59,152 nt of DNA. Origin: Actinomycetota bacterium. Lineage in GTDB: Bacteria > Actinomycetota > UBA4738 > HRBIN12. This document shows, one piece after another, positions 7,235 to 16,403 of the stretch. Position numbers and translations under genes: made by a program. Below the pieces are notes generated by a model, which did no database searches, had not been told where the DNA came from, and saw nothing but the letters and a program-made list of their open reading frames with translations. Numbering within the stretch: position 1 is the first letter of the stretch; every line of letters starts with the position of its first letter. The DNA is taken from the NCBI GenBank assembly GCA_040002535.1, contig JBDUEF010000001.1, forward strand, positions 1 through 59,152. The letters are read 5' to 3'.

Positions 7235-9433
7235 ATGGCGGATCGCTACAACTGCCCCCACTGCGGGCGAGACAACGAGGGGGGTCAACGCTTCTGCGGA
7301 TCCTGCGGAGAGCGACTCGTGCTCGCCTGCGGCGTGTGCGGGGCCGGCAGTCCCCTCGATTTCCGGTACTGCGGGAGCTGCGGCGCACCCATCGGCTCCG
7401 AAGCGGACAACCAGCGCAGCGGAGAGGAGCGACGCGTCGTCACCGTCCTCTTTGCCGACCTCGTCGGATTCACGGCCCGTGCCGAGGGGCTCGACCCGGA
7501 GGACGTTCGAGCCATCCTCACCCCGTACTACGGCCGCCTTCGCGACGAGATCGAGGCCTTCGGCGGCTCCGTGGAGAAGTTCATCGGCGACGCCGTCATG
7601 GGGGTGTTCGGCGCCCCGATCGCCCACGGGGATGATCCTGAGCGGGCGGTGCGAGCGGCGCTGCGGATCCGTGACGGCGTCGAGGAGATGAACGCGGCCT
7701 CTCCTGAACTGGCCTTGGAGGTCCGCCTCGCCGTCCACACCGGCGAGGCCATCGTCACGCTGGATGCGCGGACGAAGGAAGGGGAGGCGATGGTAGCGGG
7801 CGACGTGGTCAACACCGCATCCCGGCTGCAGACGGCGGCCCCCACCAACTCGATCCTCGTCGGCGACGAGACCTACCGTTGCACCCGCGAGACGATCGAG
7901 TACGAGCCGGTCGAGCCGCTCACCGTCAAGGGCAAGCAGGCGCCGCTGGTCGCCTGGAAGGTCGTCGCCGCAGCGTGGCCGCCGGGCGAACGACGGGTGC
8001 AGAACGTTGCGATCGTCGGACGAGAGCACGAGCTGGCAACGATCGCGGGGATCTGGGAGCGGGTCGTCACCGACGTCCAGCCACACCTGGTGACGATCTT
8101 CGGACTTCCGGGGGTCGGCAAGACCCGGCTCGCGTCGGAGTTCCTCTCGGGACCGAGCCACGACGGGCAGACGCTGATGGGACGGTCGCTGCCGTACGGC
8201 GAGAGCGGCGCCTACGGGGCGTTCGCGCAACAGGTGAAGCAGGTGGCAGACATCTTCGACAGCGATCCGGCCGCTGTGGCGACGGAGAAGCTACAGCGGT
8301 CCGTGGAGGGCCTCATCGAACCGGAGAACGTGGAGCAGGTCACATCCCACCTCGCCACGATGCTCGGACTCGGAACCGACGATGCCGCCCCCGATCGCCA
8401 GACCCTGTTCTTCTCCGCGCGCCGGTTCGTCGAGGGCCTCGGCGATCGACGACCCACGGTGCTCGTCTACCAGGACCTCCACTGGGCCGATCCCAGCCTC
8501 CTGGACCTGATCGAACATCTGGGCTCCCGTGTCCGGGAGAGCCCCCTGCTCTTCCTCACGCTCGCCCGGCCCGAGCTCTCGGCGAACCGACCGGGGTGGG
8601 CCGCGGGCGTCCAGGCATACACCGCCTTGCCGTTGGAGCCCCTCGACGAGGAGCACGCCCGCGAGCTCGCGGCACACCTGCTGCGGCACGCATCGGCCGA
8701 CGCTGCGGGACAGACGGCCGACGACCTGGCCGAGATATCCGAGGGGAACCCCCTGTTCATCGAGGAGCTGGTCGCCTCCCTCGCCGAGCGATCCTCGACG
8801 ACCGCGGGCGAGCTCCCCACCAGCATCCGCGGCATCATCGCCGGTCGCCTGGACGCCGTACCGCCCCTCGAGCGTTCGGTGGTGCTGGCCGCGTCCGTGG
8901 TAGGGAGGATCTTCTGGGACGGCGCCCTGGCTGGCCTCGGCTCCTTCGGCGACCGCCTCCCTGAACTCCTGGACTCTCTCGAAGGCCGGGATCTGATCCG
9001 ACGAGAACCCGTCTCGCGGTACCAGGGGCAGCAGCAGTTCCGGTTCAAGCACATGTTGATCCGCGACGTGGCCTACACCACCCTGCCGCGGGAGACGCGT
9101 CGGAAAGGACATGAATCCGTCGCGTCGTTCCTCGAGGAGGTGCACGCGGAGCGGGATTCACCAGCAGCGCTGGGTCACCACTGCCGGGAGGCCGGCGATC
9201 GGGAGCGGGCCGCGGACTACTTCGTGGCCGCGGCGGACCAGGCGAGCCGGGGGTGGGCCAAGGAAGAGGCCGTCAGGTTCTACAAGGAGGCCCTGGCACT
9301 GGTACGGGAAGAGGACAAGCAGCGCCGCCGGAAGCTTCGGCTCCAGCTGGCCGTCGCGCAACAGATGCTCTACCACCTTCCCGATGCCGAGCGGCTGGCC
9401 CGAGCGCGGCACGAGCCGGACCCGGCGCCCTAG
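7235..9433 (+). CDS. Double zinc-ribbon / class III adenylate-guanylate cyclase / AAA (STAND-type) ATPase / helical-repeat protein
   Basis: Start taken at ATG 7235 (MADRYNCPHCGR). It has two CxxC...CxxC ribbons. Cyclase core: RRVVTVLFADLVGFT, FIGDAVMGVFGAP, VAGDVVNTASRLQ. P-loop: IFGLPGVGKTRL. The long helical C-terminus has no recognisable HTH. Confidence 0.85.
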   Translation: MADRYNCPHCGRDNEGGQRFCGSCGERLVLACGVCGAGSPLDFRYCGSCGAPIGSEADNQRSGEERRVVTVLFADLVGFTARAEGLDPEDVRAILTPYYGRLRDEIEAFGGSVEKFIGDAVMGVFGAPIAHGDDPERAVRAALRIRDGVEEMNAASPELALEVRLAVHTGEAIVTLDARTKEGEAMVAGDVVNTASRLQTAAPTNSILVGDETYRCTRETIEYEPVEPLTVKGKQAPLVAWKVVAAAWPPGERRVQNVAIVGREHELATIAGIWERVVTDVQPHLVTIFGLPGVGKTRLASEFLSGPSHDGQTLMGRSLPYGESGAYGAFAQQVKQVADIFDSDPAAVATEKLQRSVEGLIEPENVEQVTSHLATMLGLGTDDAAPDRQTLFFSARRFVEGLGDRRPTVLVYQDLHWADPSLLDLIEHLGSRVRESPLLFLTLARPELSANRPGWAAGVQAYTALPLEPLDEEHARELAAHLLRHASADAAGQTADDLAEISEGNPLFIEELVASLAERSSTTAGELPTSIRGIIAGRLDAVPPLERSVVLAASVVGRIFWDGALAGLGSFGDRLPELLDSLEGRDLIRREPVSRYQGQQQFRFKHMLIRDVAYTTLPRETRRKGHESVASFLEEVHAERDSPAALGHHCREAGDRERAADYFVAAADQASRGWAKEEAVRFYKEALALVREEDKQRRRKLRLQLAVAQQMLYHLPDAERLARARHEPDPAP

Positions 9434-9443
9434 CGACGCCGTG

Positions 9444-9725
9444 TCACAAGGGGAAGTCGTCGGGTGTCACGTCGCCGCCGATCTCGTACACGTGATCGAC
9501 GACATGCTGTCCCAGGAGCGCTGCATGCCGGCGAACCATCTGCTCGTCCGGCGCGTCGTAGATGCAGAAGGACTTCAACGTCCCTTCGTCATCGACGACG
9601 ACATGGCTGTGCTCCCACACGATCTGCGGGAACTGCTCCGCCGCGATGCGCTTGGATCTGCGCCCGACCTCGGGCATCTCGTCCTCGCCGACGTCGTACG
9701 TCCGTTCGATCACGTATCTCGGCAT
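9444..9725 (-). CDS. DUF4242 family protein (SCO4226-like small nickel-binding protein family)
   Basis: Start taken at ATG 9725 (MPRYVIERTYDV), preceded by GGGAGAGGA. The 93-aa product with WEHSHVV...SFCIYDAPDE...RRHA matches the DUF4242 pattern. Confidence 0.7.
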   Translation of the reverse strand: MPRYVIERTYDVGEDEMPEVGRRSKRIAAEQFPQIVWEHSHVVVDDEGTLKSFCIYDAPDEQMVRRHAALLGQHVVDHVYEIGGDVTPDDFPL

Positions 9726-9870
9726 GTCACGGATCCTCTCCCTCGGAGGGTTTCCGCGGCATTGTCCCATCGGGACACGCCGGTGTGAAGGGGGTTCGCT
9801 ACGTGAGCGACCTGCGTTGACCCGTCGGGATTCGGCCTCGGCCCACAGGACCCACGCGGCGCCTCCCCGG

Positions 9871-10650
9871 CTACCTCAGGTCGTAGGCGCGCCAGGGGAT
9901 CGGCGACTCGGGCTCGAGCGGGGAATCGAGGTCGGTGAACCGGCGCTCGGCCCAGGCGCGCACCTCCTCGACGGCCGGTTCCAGCTCCTCTGGCGGCACG
10001 CGCCAGGTCCAGCTGTAGAGCCGCTGGTCCAGCTCGTGGAAGTGCCGCCGGAGCGTGCTGTCGTTGCGGGCCACCACCGCCGGGAGATCCCGCCGTACGG
10101 CGCCACCCGCGGCGAAGGCGGCGTCGAGATCTTCGTGGTCTCCCACCCAGTCCAGGCCCACCGGTCGGATCCGATCACCGAGGATGTCGACGAAGCGCAG
10201 CCACAGCTCGCGCCACCCGCCCGTGAACCCGCCCGGCTCGGTGACGATCACGGCCCCCGGACCGACCACCCGGCAGAGCTCGGCCACCGCGTCGGGCCAG
10301 TTGGGGATCAGGTGCAGGACCCAACGGCAGTACGCCCCGCCCAGTGACCCGTCGGCGAACGGTAGTCGGGTCGCGTCGCCCTGCACCAGCGGGAACGGCG
10401 CCCTGCCGCCGGCCTTCTCCACGAGCTTGGCCATCATGGGCACCGACAGGTCCAGGCCCACCACCGGCACGCCGCGCCCCGCGAGCGGCAGCGCCAGCGC
10501 CCCGGTCCCCACGCCGATCTCCAGGACCCGGTCCCTCCCCTCGAACTCCCGGGCCAGGACGTCGACGGTCCCGCGAAGGGTGTCGGGATCGGTGATCCGG
10601 GTCCGGTCGTAGTACTGGGCGGCGCGGTCGAACGCGATCGACTCAGCCAT
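9871..10650 (-). CDS. Class I SAM-dependent methyltransferase
   Basis: Start at ATG 10650 (MAESIAFDRAAQYYDRTR). SAM motif I is VLEIGVGTGALALPLA, with an acidic loop GLDLS. Overlaps the upstream oxygenase-like gene by 8 nt. Confidence 0.8.
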   Translation of the reverse strand: MAESIAFDRAAQYYDRTRITDPDTLRGTVDVLAREFEGRDRVLEIGVGTGALALPLAGRGVPVVGLDLSVPMMAKLVEKAGGRAPFPLVQGDATRLPFADGSLGGAYCRWVLHLIPNWPDAVAELCRVVGPGAVIVTEPGGFTGGWRELWLRFVDILGDRIRPVGLDWVGDHEDLDAAFAAGGAVRRDLPAVVARNDSTLRRHFHELDQRLYSWTWRVPPEELEPAVEEVRAWAERRFTDLDSPLEPESPIPWRAYDLR

Positions 10651-11617
10651 CGCGTCCGATCCCCACGCCCGTGACCGCCTGGGAGCGGGGCACATCCGAG
10701 CCGGAGGGTCGCCGGGCGCGCGGCACGGTCCCCTCCAGATAGGCGGTGGCCAGCATCTGCACCAGCATGTACGTGCCGGCCTCCCACACCACCGAGAGCG
10801 GGCCGGGCCGATGGCCGCGCGAGGAGACGCCGCGCTGCAGGGACTCGCAGGCCCGCCAGTCCTCTCGGTTGGTGAGATCCCAGAATGCCACTGCGTAGTC
10901 CGGATCGAACCCCGGCCGCTCCAGGGCTTCCGGCGGGAACAGCCACTCGCACTCGACGATGCTCCGGTCCACGTCCAGCGGCTCGATCCGGTGAGTGAGC
11001 ACGTAGTCGGGGTGCGGGCTGATCAGGAGGTTCGGCCAGACGCCGAAGTACCCGACCTCGCGGAGCTGCCGGCCGGACAGCCCCCGGATCGTGACCCCGC
11101 CGGAGCGACCGTCGAGCGACATCGTCTCCACACCGTCGCGCAGGTCCATCGGTCCGGCCACGTACATCCCTTGGATATCGATGGAATAGCCGCTGTCGGG
11201 CGGCGTCAACTCGCAGAGCGCCGGATGGATCTGGCTGCAGTGATAACACTCCTGGTAGTTCTCGTGCAGCAGCTTCCAGTTCGCCCGTACCTCGTAGGTG
11301 TGCCGGGCCGCCACCACCAGCCGCTCGGGCTCGTAGGGCGCCAGATGGTCGGTGAGGTTGCCGAACTGCTCCTGGAACCCGATGCCGTCGGCAACCGCAC
11401 GCACGAACGTCCAGCCGTGCAGCTGCCGCTGATCGGGCGCCGATGCGTGCGTCCCCGCGCGCCCCAGGCACACCCACGATCGATCGAACAGCCGCGCGCG
11501 CTCCCAGGCGAAGACCTCCGGTGAGGTGTACGCCTCGGTCGGAAGGCCCACCGCCACCCCGAACGGCGCCAGGCATCGCCGCAGGGCCGGCTCGGGCAGG
11601 GGTGCGCGCACATCCAC
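10643..11617 (-). CDS. Ring-hydroxylating oxygenase alpha-subunit catalytic domain protein lacking the Rieske [2Fe-2S] domain
   Basis: 324 aa. The N-terminal entry motif YTSPEVFAWERARLFDRSWVCLGR and the mononuclear-iron motif ENYQECYHCSQIHP are present. No CxH...CxxH cluster ligands lie between them. Confidence 0.7.
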   Translation of the reverse strand: MDVRAPLPEPALRRCLAPFGVAVGLPTEAYTSPEVFAWERARLFDRSWVCLGRAGTHASAPDQRQLHGWTFVRAVADGIGFQEQFGNLTDHLAPYEPERLVVAARHTYEVRANWKLLHENYQECYHCSQIHPALCELTPPDSGYSIDIQGMYVAGPMDLRDGVETMSLDGRSGGVTIRGLSGRQLREVGYFGVWPNLLISPHPDYVLTHRIEPLDVDRSIVECEWLFPPEALERPGFDPDYAVAFWDLTNREDWRACESLQRGVSSRGHRPGPLSVVWEAGTYMLVQMLATAYLEGTVPRARRPSGSDVPRSQAVTGVGIGRDG

Positions 11618-11660
11618 GCGGGGATGCTACGACCCGATGGTCACCGGGCGCCAGCGCGGA

Positions 11661-12215
11661 TCAGTTCGTGGAGGGATCGAGCGGCATGAACCGCAACAGA
11701 TCGAATGCAGGTCCCTTGCGCTTCAGCACCGAGCTCCACAGACGGCCGGGATCGGACGTGAAGATGTCGTTCGGCGTGGCGCGCTCGGCGATCCACGAGC
11801 CCTCCTGTGCCATCTCGCGTTCCAGCTGTCCCGGGCCCCATCCCGCGTATCCGGCGAAGACCCGGGCCCTGCGGATCGTGCCCACGGCATCGGCCGGGAC
11901 CTCGGGCGGGAGGAACCCGATCGAGCCCAGCGCCAGGATCTGTGCGAGCGCCGGATCGACGAAGTCCGCCACCACCACCGCCGACGTCGGCTCCACGGGG
12001 CCGCCCAGGAACAGAGGATCACCCTCGCCGACGATGGGCGCGAGGGGTGGAGCGGCCTGCGCGACCGAGACCTCGGTGGCCCGGTTCAGCACCACGCCGA
12101 CCGCACCATCCTCGTCGTGCTGCCCGATCAGGATCACCGTGCGCCGGAAGTTCGGATCCCACAATGCCGCTCCGGCGAGTAGCAGGTGACCGGCGACGGA
12201 GCGCATGGGGAGCAT
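11661..12215 (-). CDS. YqgE/AlgH family protein (UPF0301)
   Basis: 184 aa. GHLLLAGAALWDPNFRRTVILIGQHDEDGAVGVVLNR is the family signature. The start could be M1 (12215) or M4 (12206). Confidence 0.8.
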   Translation of the reverse strand: MLPMRSVAGHLLLAGAALWDPNFRRTVILIGQHDEDGAVGVVLNRATEVSVAQAAPPLAPIVGEGDPLFLGGPVEPTSAVVVADFVDPALAQILALGSIGFLPPEVPADAVGTIRRARVFAGYAGWGPGQLEREMAQEGSWIAERATPNDIFTSDPGRLWSSVLKRKGPAFDLLRFMPLDPSTN

Positions 12216-12227
12216 CCTCTCCCGATC

Positions 12228-13469
12228 TCAGGGCCGACGCACGTTCGCGTCCAGCGCGCGCGTGTAGCCCGGCCACAGGATCGCGCCCGCCAGGACGAAG
12301 GTGATGCCGCCGATAGCGTAGGTCACCCGCGGTCCCAGGGCATCCACCACGGTGCCGCCGAACAGGAACGACACGGCGAGGGAGATGAGGACGATGGCCT
12401 CCAGGGCGCCCAGGACCCGGCTGCGCACGTCGTCGGGCGTCCGCCGCTGGAAGATGCCCTGCTCGGCGACCCCGGCCACGCCCTCCCCCACCCCGCCGAC
12501 CACCATGCACAGCAGCGCGATGATCAGCCAGGGTGCGATCGCGGTCAGCCCGAAGCCGAGCCCGGCGATCAGCACGGCAGCGATCAGCGACCGGTACTCG
12601 TTCGCGGCCCGGAGGCGGCGCTGCGCGATGACGGTGCCGATCACCGCCCCTCCGCCCCAGGCCGACGCCAGCAGCCCGTACCCGAGCGAACCGCTGTTGA
12701 ACTCATCGGCCAGCGCGACCTCGCCGACGATCGACATCCCGACCCCCAGCAACAGCACCGTCCACGCGATGGCGATCCTTCGAAGCGTGGGCTCCCGGAA
12801 GAGGAATCGCATCCCCGCGATCGCGCCGTGATGCTCCGATCCCTCGTCATGGACGTCGTTGAAGCGGCCCGGCGTGGACCCGACCAACCACGCCGACACG
12901 AGGAACGTCAGAACGTTCAGGCCGAACACCACCATCCCCGCGGTATGCAGGTCGGCCGGCGAGGGGTTCGAACCCGCGGCCAGCACGGCCACCATGGCGC
13001 CACCGAGGACCGGGCCGACCAGGTTGCCCACGTTTCGACCGAAGGCCACCACGCCGTTGGCCCAGCTCAATCCGTCATCGTCCACCAGGTTCGGGACCGC
13101 CGCGGAGGAGACCGCGTAGATCGGCGACTCGATCACCGCCGTCACGAACGCCACCAGCAGGTACTGGCCCGGGGTTCGCATGAACATCAGCACGGCGAAC
13201 CCTGCCGCCGCGCAGAGGTCGGTGATGACCAGGACCCGGCGACGATCGAACCGATCCCCGAGCCAACTGGCCACCGACACGAAGACGCCCTGCGCGCCGA
13301 TCGTCAGCAGCAGCGTCCACGCGACCCATGTGTTGGACCTGTCGGTGAGGTGGTAGATCAAGTAGGCCAGTGCCGCGAAGGCGGCGCCGCTGCCGGCCAG
13401 CGACACCAGGCGAGCCGTCGCGACGCGGCGGACCGCCCGGCGCTGCTCCAGGGTGTTCACGGGCGTCAT
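12228..13469 (-). CDS. MFS transporter (EntS/MFS_3-like), paralog 1
   Basis: Start at ATG 13469, preceded by GGAGGG, giving 413 aa that begin MTPVNTLEQRRAVRR. It has 12 hydrophobic segments and the GDRFDRRRV loop motif. ATGA overlap with the upstream paralog. The 557-aa track ORF is over-extended. Confidence 0.8.
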   Translation of the reverse strand: MTPVNTLEQRRAVRRVATARLVSLAGSGAAFAALAYLIYHLTDRSNTWVAWTLLLTIGAQGVFVSVASWLGDRFDRRRVLVITDLCAAAGFAVLMFMRTPGQYLLVAFVTAVIESPIYAVSSAAVPNLVDDDGLSWANGVVAFGRNVGNLVGPVLGGAMVAVLAAGSNPSPADLHTAGMVVFGLNVLTFLVSAWLVGSTPGRFNDVHDEGSEHHGAIAGMRFLFREPTLRRIAIAWTVLLLGVGMSIVGEVALADEFNSGSLGYGLLASAWGGGAVIGTVIAQRRLRAANEYRSLIAAVLIAGLGFGLTAIAPWLIIALLCMVVGGVGEGVAGVAEQGIFQRRTPDDVRSRVLGALEAIVLISLAVSFLFGGTVVDALGPRVTYAIGGITFVLAGAILWPGYTRALDANVRRP

Positions 13470-14680
13470 CCCTCCACGAGCGCGATGGTCGGGTCTTTCC
13501 CCATCACTATCGGCAGCAGGATGAGCGTGGCGATCCCCGAGGCCAGGGCGGCCGCGAGATAGAGGCCCTGCGCGCTGGTGAGGGCAAGCACCGGCCCTGC
13601 CAGTCCGTAGCCCGCCGCCAGCGCGATGTGGGCCACGGCCTCCGAGGCCGACATCACCCGCGCGCGCACCACGTCGGGCGTCCGGCGCTGCTTGATGCCC
13701 TGGTCGGCCACGATGGCGATCGAATCGGCCGTCCCGTTGGCCATGACGAACACCAGCACCGGCCAGAACGCGGGCGACAGCCCCATCACCAGGGACGTGG
13801 TGGCGATCCCAGCCGTTCCCAGCACGACCCACCGACGTTCCGTGTGCTCGCTCAGACGCCGCCCGAGGAACGAGCCGATCACCGAGCCCGCGCCCCAGCA
13901 CGAGATGATGAGCCCGAACCCGACGTCACCCACACCGAAGTGCTCTGCCAGTGGCCGATCGGCCACCATGGCCATGCCCAGTCCCAGCACCATGACGCCC
14001 GCCGCCACGACCATCCGCAGCAGCAGCGGATCGCGGCGGATGAAGCGGAACCCCGCCACCACTCCCTGGTGCTCCTGGGACTCCTCCTCGGTGTGGATAC
14101 CCGAGAACGGCCGCCGCACCGACCACACCAGGCACACGGAGATGACGAAGGTGAGAGCGTTGGCACCGAAGACCCAGCTCGCGCCGAGGAGGGTGACGAG
14201 CACGCCGCCCAGCACCGGCCCCAGGGTGATGCCGGCGTTGACGCCGACGCTCACCCAGCTGTTCGCCCACGACAGCTGTGACTCGTCGTCCACCAGGTTG
14301 GGGATCGCAGCCCGTGAGGCCGCGAAGAACGGCTGATCCGCCACCGCCGAGATGAACGCGAAGGTCAGCAGCGCCGGCGGGCTGTGCACCAGCGCCATGG
14401 CGGTGAACGCGATGGCCCCGACGAGCTCGGAGGCGATCATCACCTTCCTGCGGTCGAAGCGATCCCCGACGTGTCCGGCGAAGGGCCCCACGAACCCACC
14501 CACCCCGAACGTCAGCAGCAACGTGGCCGACAACCAGCCCGGCGAGTGGTTCGTGCGGGCGTAGATCGTGGCCATCAGCGCGGTGTAGGCCGCCGCCCCC
14601 CCGGTGACGGAGATCAGGCGCGCAACGGCAAGTCGTCTGACAGCCGTTCGGGACGATTGGGCGACCGGCGAAACGTTCAC
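13466..14680 (-). CDS. MFS transporter (EntS/MFS_3-like), paralog 2
   Basis: 404 aa with the same architecture as paralog 1 (GDRFDRRKV; QRRTPDVVRARV versus QRRTPDDVRSRV). Confidence 0.8.
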   Translation of the reverse strand: MNVSPVAQSSRTAVRRLAVARLISVTGGAAAYTALMATIYARTNHSPGWLSATLLLTFGVGGFVGPFAGHVGDRFDRRKVMIASELVGAIAFTAMALVHSPPALLTFAFISAVADQPFFAASRAAIPNLVDDESQLSWANSWVSVGVNAGITLGPVLGGVLVTLLGASWVFGANALTFVISVCLVWSVRRPFSGIHTEEESQEHQGVVAGFRFIRRDPLLLRMVVAAGVMVLGLGMAMVADRPLAEHFGVGDVGFGLIISCWGAGSVIGSFLGRRLSEHTERRWVVLGTAGIATTSLVMGLSPAFWPVLVFVMANGTADSIAIVADQGIKQRRTPDVVRARVMSASEAVAHIALAAGYGLAGPVLALTSAQGLYLAAALASGIATLILLPIVMGKDPTIALVEG

Positions 14681-14819
14681 GAGGCGAACCCCCGGGCTCG
14701 GATCGATCGGGTGCAGACGGTGGAGGACGCGCCGCAGATGGAGCGATCTCCGGCGAGGGCGTCGTCGATGGGTCAGCCCTGGGGTCGCATCTTCACGGAC
14801 GCGAGTCTAGCACCGCGAC

Positions 14820-16403
14820 CTAGGGCGGCAGCGTGATCGCACGCAGGCGGTTCGCCCCGATCGTGCGGCCGATGTGCTCCAGCACGTGCGCCGGGATGGG
14901 TCCGTCCACCGTCAGGCCCATCAGGGCCTCACCCCCCTCGGATCTTCGACCTACCTCCATCGTGGCGATGTTCACGCCGTGCTCGCCCAGGATGGTACCC
15001 ACGGTGCCGATGACGCCGGGCACGTCCTGGTAGGTGAAGAACACCATGTGGTCGGCTGGCGCGATCTCGACGTCGAAGTCGTACACCTGCATGACTCGCT
15101 CGTTGTTGCGTTTGCCCACGAGCGTCCCGCTCACCGTCACGAGCCCCTCGTCGGTCTCCGCGCGGAGGGAGATGAGGCTGACGTAATCCTGCGACACGGT
15201 CGAGCGCATCTCACTCAGGCCGATCCCGCGCTCCTTGGCCAGCATGGGCGCGTTCACGAACGACACCGGCTCGTGCACGACCCCTTCCAGGATGCCCTTG
15301 AGGATCGCGAGCGTCAGGACACGCGTGTCGGCCTCGGCGATCCGGCCGAGGTACGCGCACTCCAGCGCACGCACACCGCTCTGCGACAGGCCGGCCACCA
15401 GGGCTCCGAGACGCTCCGCGAGATGCAGGAAGGGACGCACGATCTCGGAGACCTCGGCGCCGGCCGAGATATTCACCGCGTAGGGGACGAACTCGCCCTT
15501 GAGGGCCAGCCGCACCATCTCGGCCACGGTGATCCCCGCCTTGTCCTGCGCCTCGACCGTGGAGGCGCCGAGGTGGGGTGTCACCACGACGTGCTGGTGG
15601 CCGAACAGCGGGCTGTCCGTGGTGGGCTCGACCGCGAAGACGTCGATGGCCGCGCCCCCCAGGTGACCGCTCTCCACGGCCTTGGCCAGGGCCTCCTCGT
15701 CCACGATGCCGCCGCGTGCCGTGTTGATCAGGCGCGCTCCCTGTCGCATCAACGAGAGCTCGAGCGCGCCGATCAGCCCTTCGGTGTCGGGCGTCCGCGG
15801 AAGATGGATCGTGACGAAATCAGCCTGCACCAGGAGAGATTCCAGCGTGGGCATCACGTCGACGCCCATCTCCTTGGCCCGATCGCCGCTGACGTAGGGA
15901 TCGAAGGCGATCACCCGCATGCCGAACGCTGCCGCCCGGACCGCGACCAACGCCCCCACCCGGCCGAGCCCGATCACGCCGATCGTCTTTCCGGCGAGCT
16001 CCACGCCCTGCCAGGCGGCGCGCTCCCACGCGCCGGCCTTCAACGCCGCGTGCGCCTGCGGGATGTTGCGTGCCTGCGCCAGCAGGAGCCCCATCGCGTG
16101 CTCCGCCGCGCTGATGACGTTGGACTGGGGGGCGTTGACCACCATCACGCCACGCCGGGTCGCCGCCTCCACATCCACGTTGTCCAGGCCGATGCCGGCG
16201 CGCGCGATCACCTTCAGGACCTCGGCACGCTGCAGAATCTCGGCCGTGACCTGGGTGGCACTGCGGATGATCAACGCCTCGTACGCCCCGATCTCCTCGG
16301 CAAGACCGCCGGCCGCCAGATCGGTCCTGACGTCCACCTGGAAATCCTTGCGGAGCAGCTCGAGCCCGGCCTCCGAGAGCGTCTCCGTGACCAGGACCCT
16401 CAC
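14820..16403 (-). CDS. serA: D-3-phosphoglycerate dehydrogenase (long form with ASB and ACT domains)
   Basis: 527 aa. NAD motif GVIGLGRVGALVA, catalytic region PHLGAST, C-terminal ACT-like region. GTG start overlaps the upstream stop (GTGA). Confidence 0.92.
   Translation of the reverse strand: MRVLVTETLSEAGLELLRKDFQVDVRTDLAAGGLAEEIGAYEALIIRSATQVTAEILQRAEVLKVIARAGIGLDNVDVEAATRRGVMVVNAPQSNVISAAEHAMGLLLAQARNIPQAHAALKAGAWERAAWQGVELAGKTIGVIGLGRVGALVAVRAAAFGMRVIAFDPYVSGDRAKEMGVDVMPTLESLLVQADFVTIHLPRTPDTEGLIGALELSLMRQGARLINTARGGIVDEEALAKAVESGHLGGAAIDVFAVEPTTDSPLFGHQHVVVTPHLGASTVEAQDKAGITVAEMVRLALKGEFVPYAVNISAGAEVSEIVRPFLHLAERLGALVAGLSQSGVRALECAYLGRIAEADTRVLTLAILKGILEGVVHEPVSFVNAPMLAKERGIGLSEMRSTVSQDYVSLISLRAETDEGLVTVSGTLVGKRNNERVMQVYDFDVEIAPADHMVFFTYQDVPGVIGTVGTILGEHGVNIATMEVGRRSEGGEALMGLTVDGPIPAHVLEHIGRTIGANRLRAITLPP

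Noticed and set aside
9761-9789. Promoter-like TTCACA-N17-GACAAT on the minus strand upstream of the DUF4242 gene. A similar TGAACC-N18-TATACG lies upstream of the 37370 small gene.
   Set aside because: The hexamer matches are weak and there is no supporting information. They are not strong enough to list as features.
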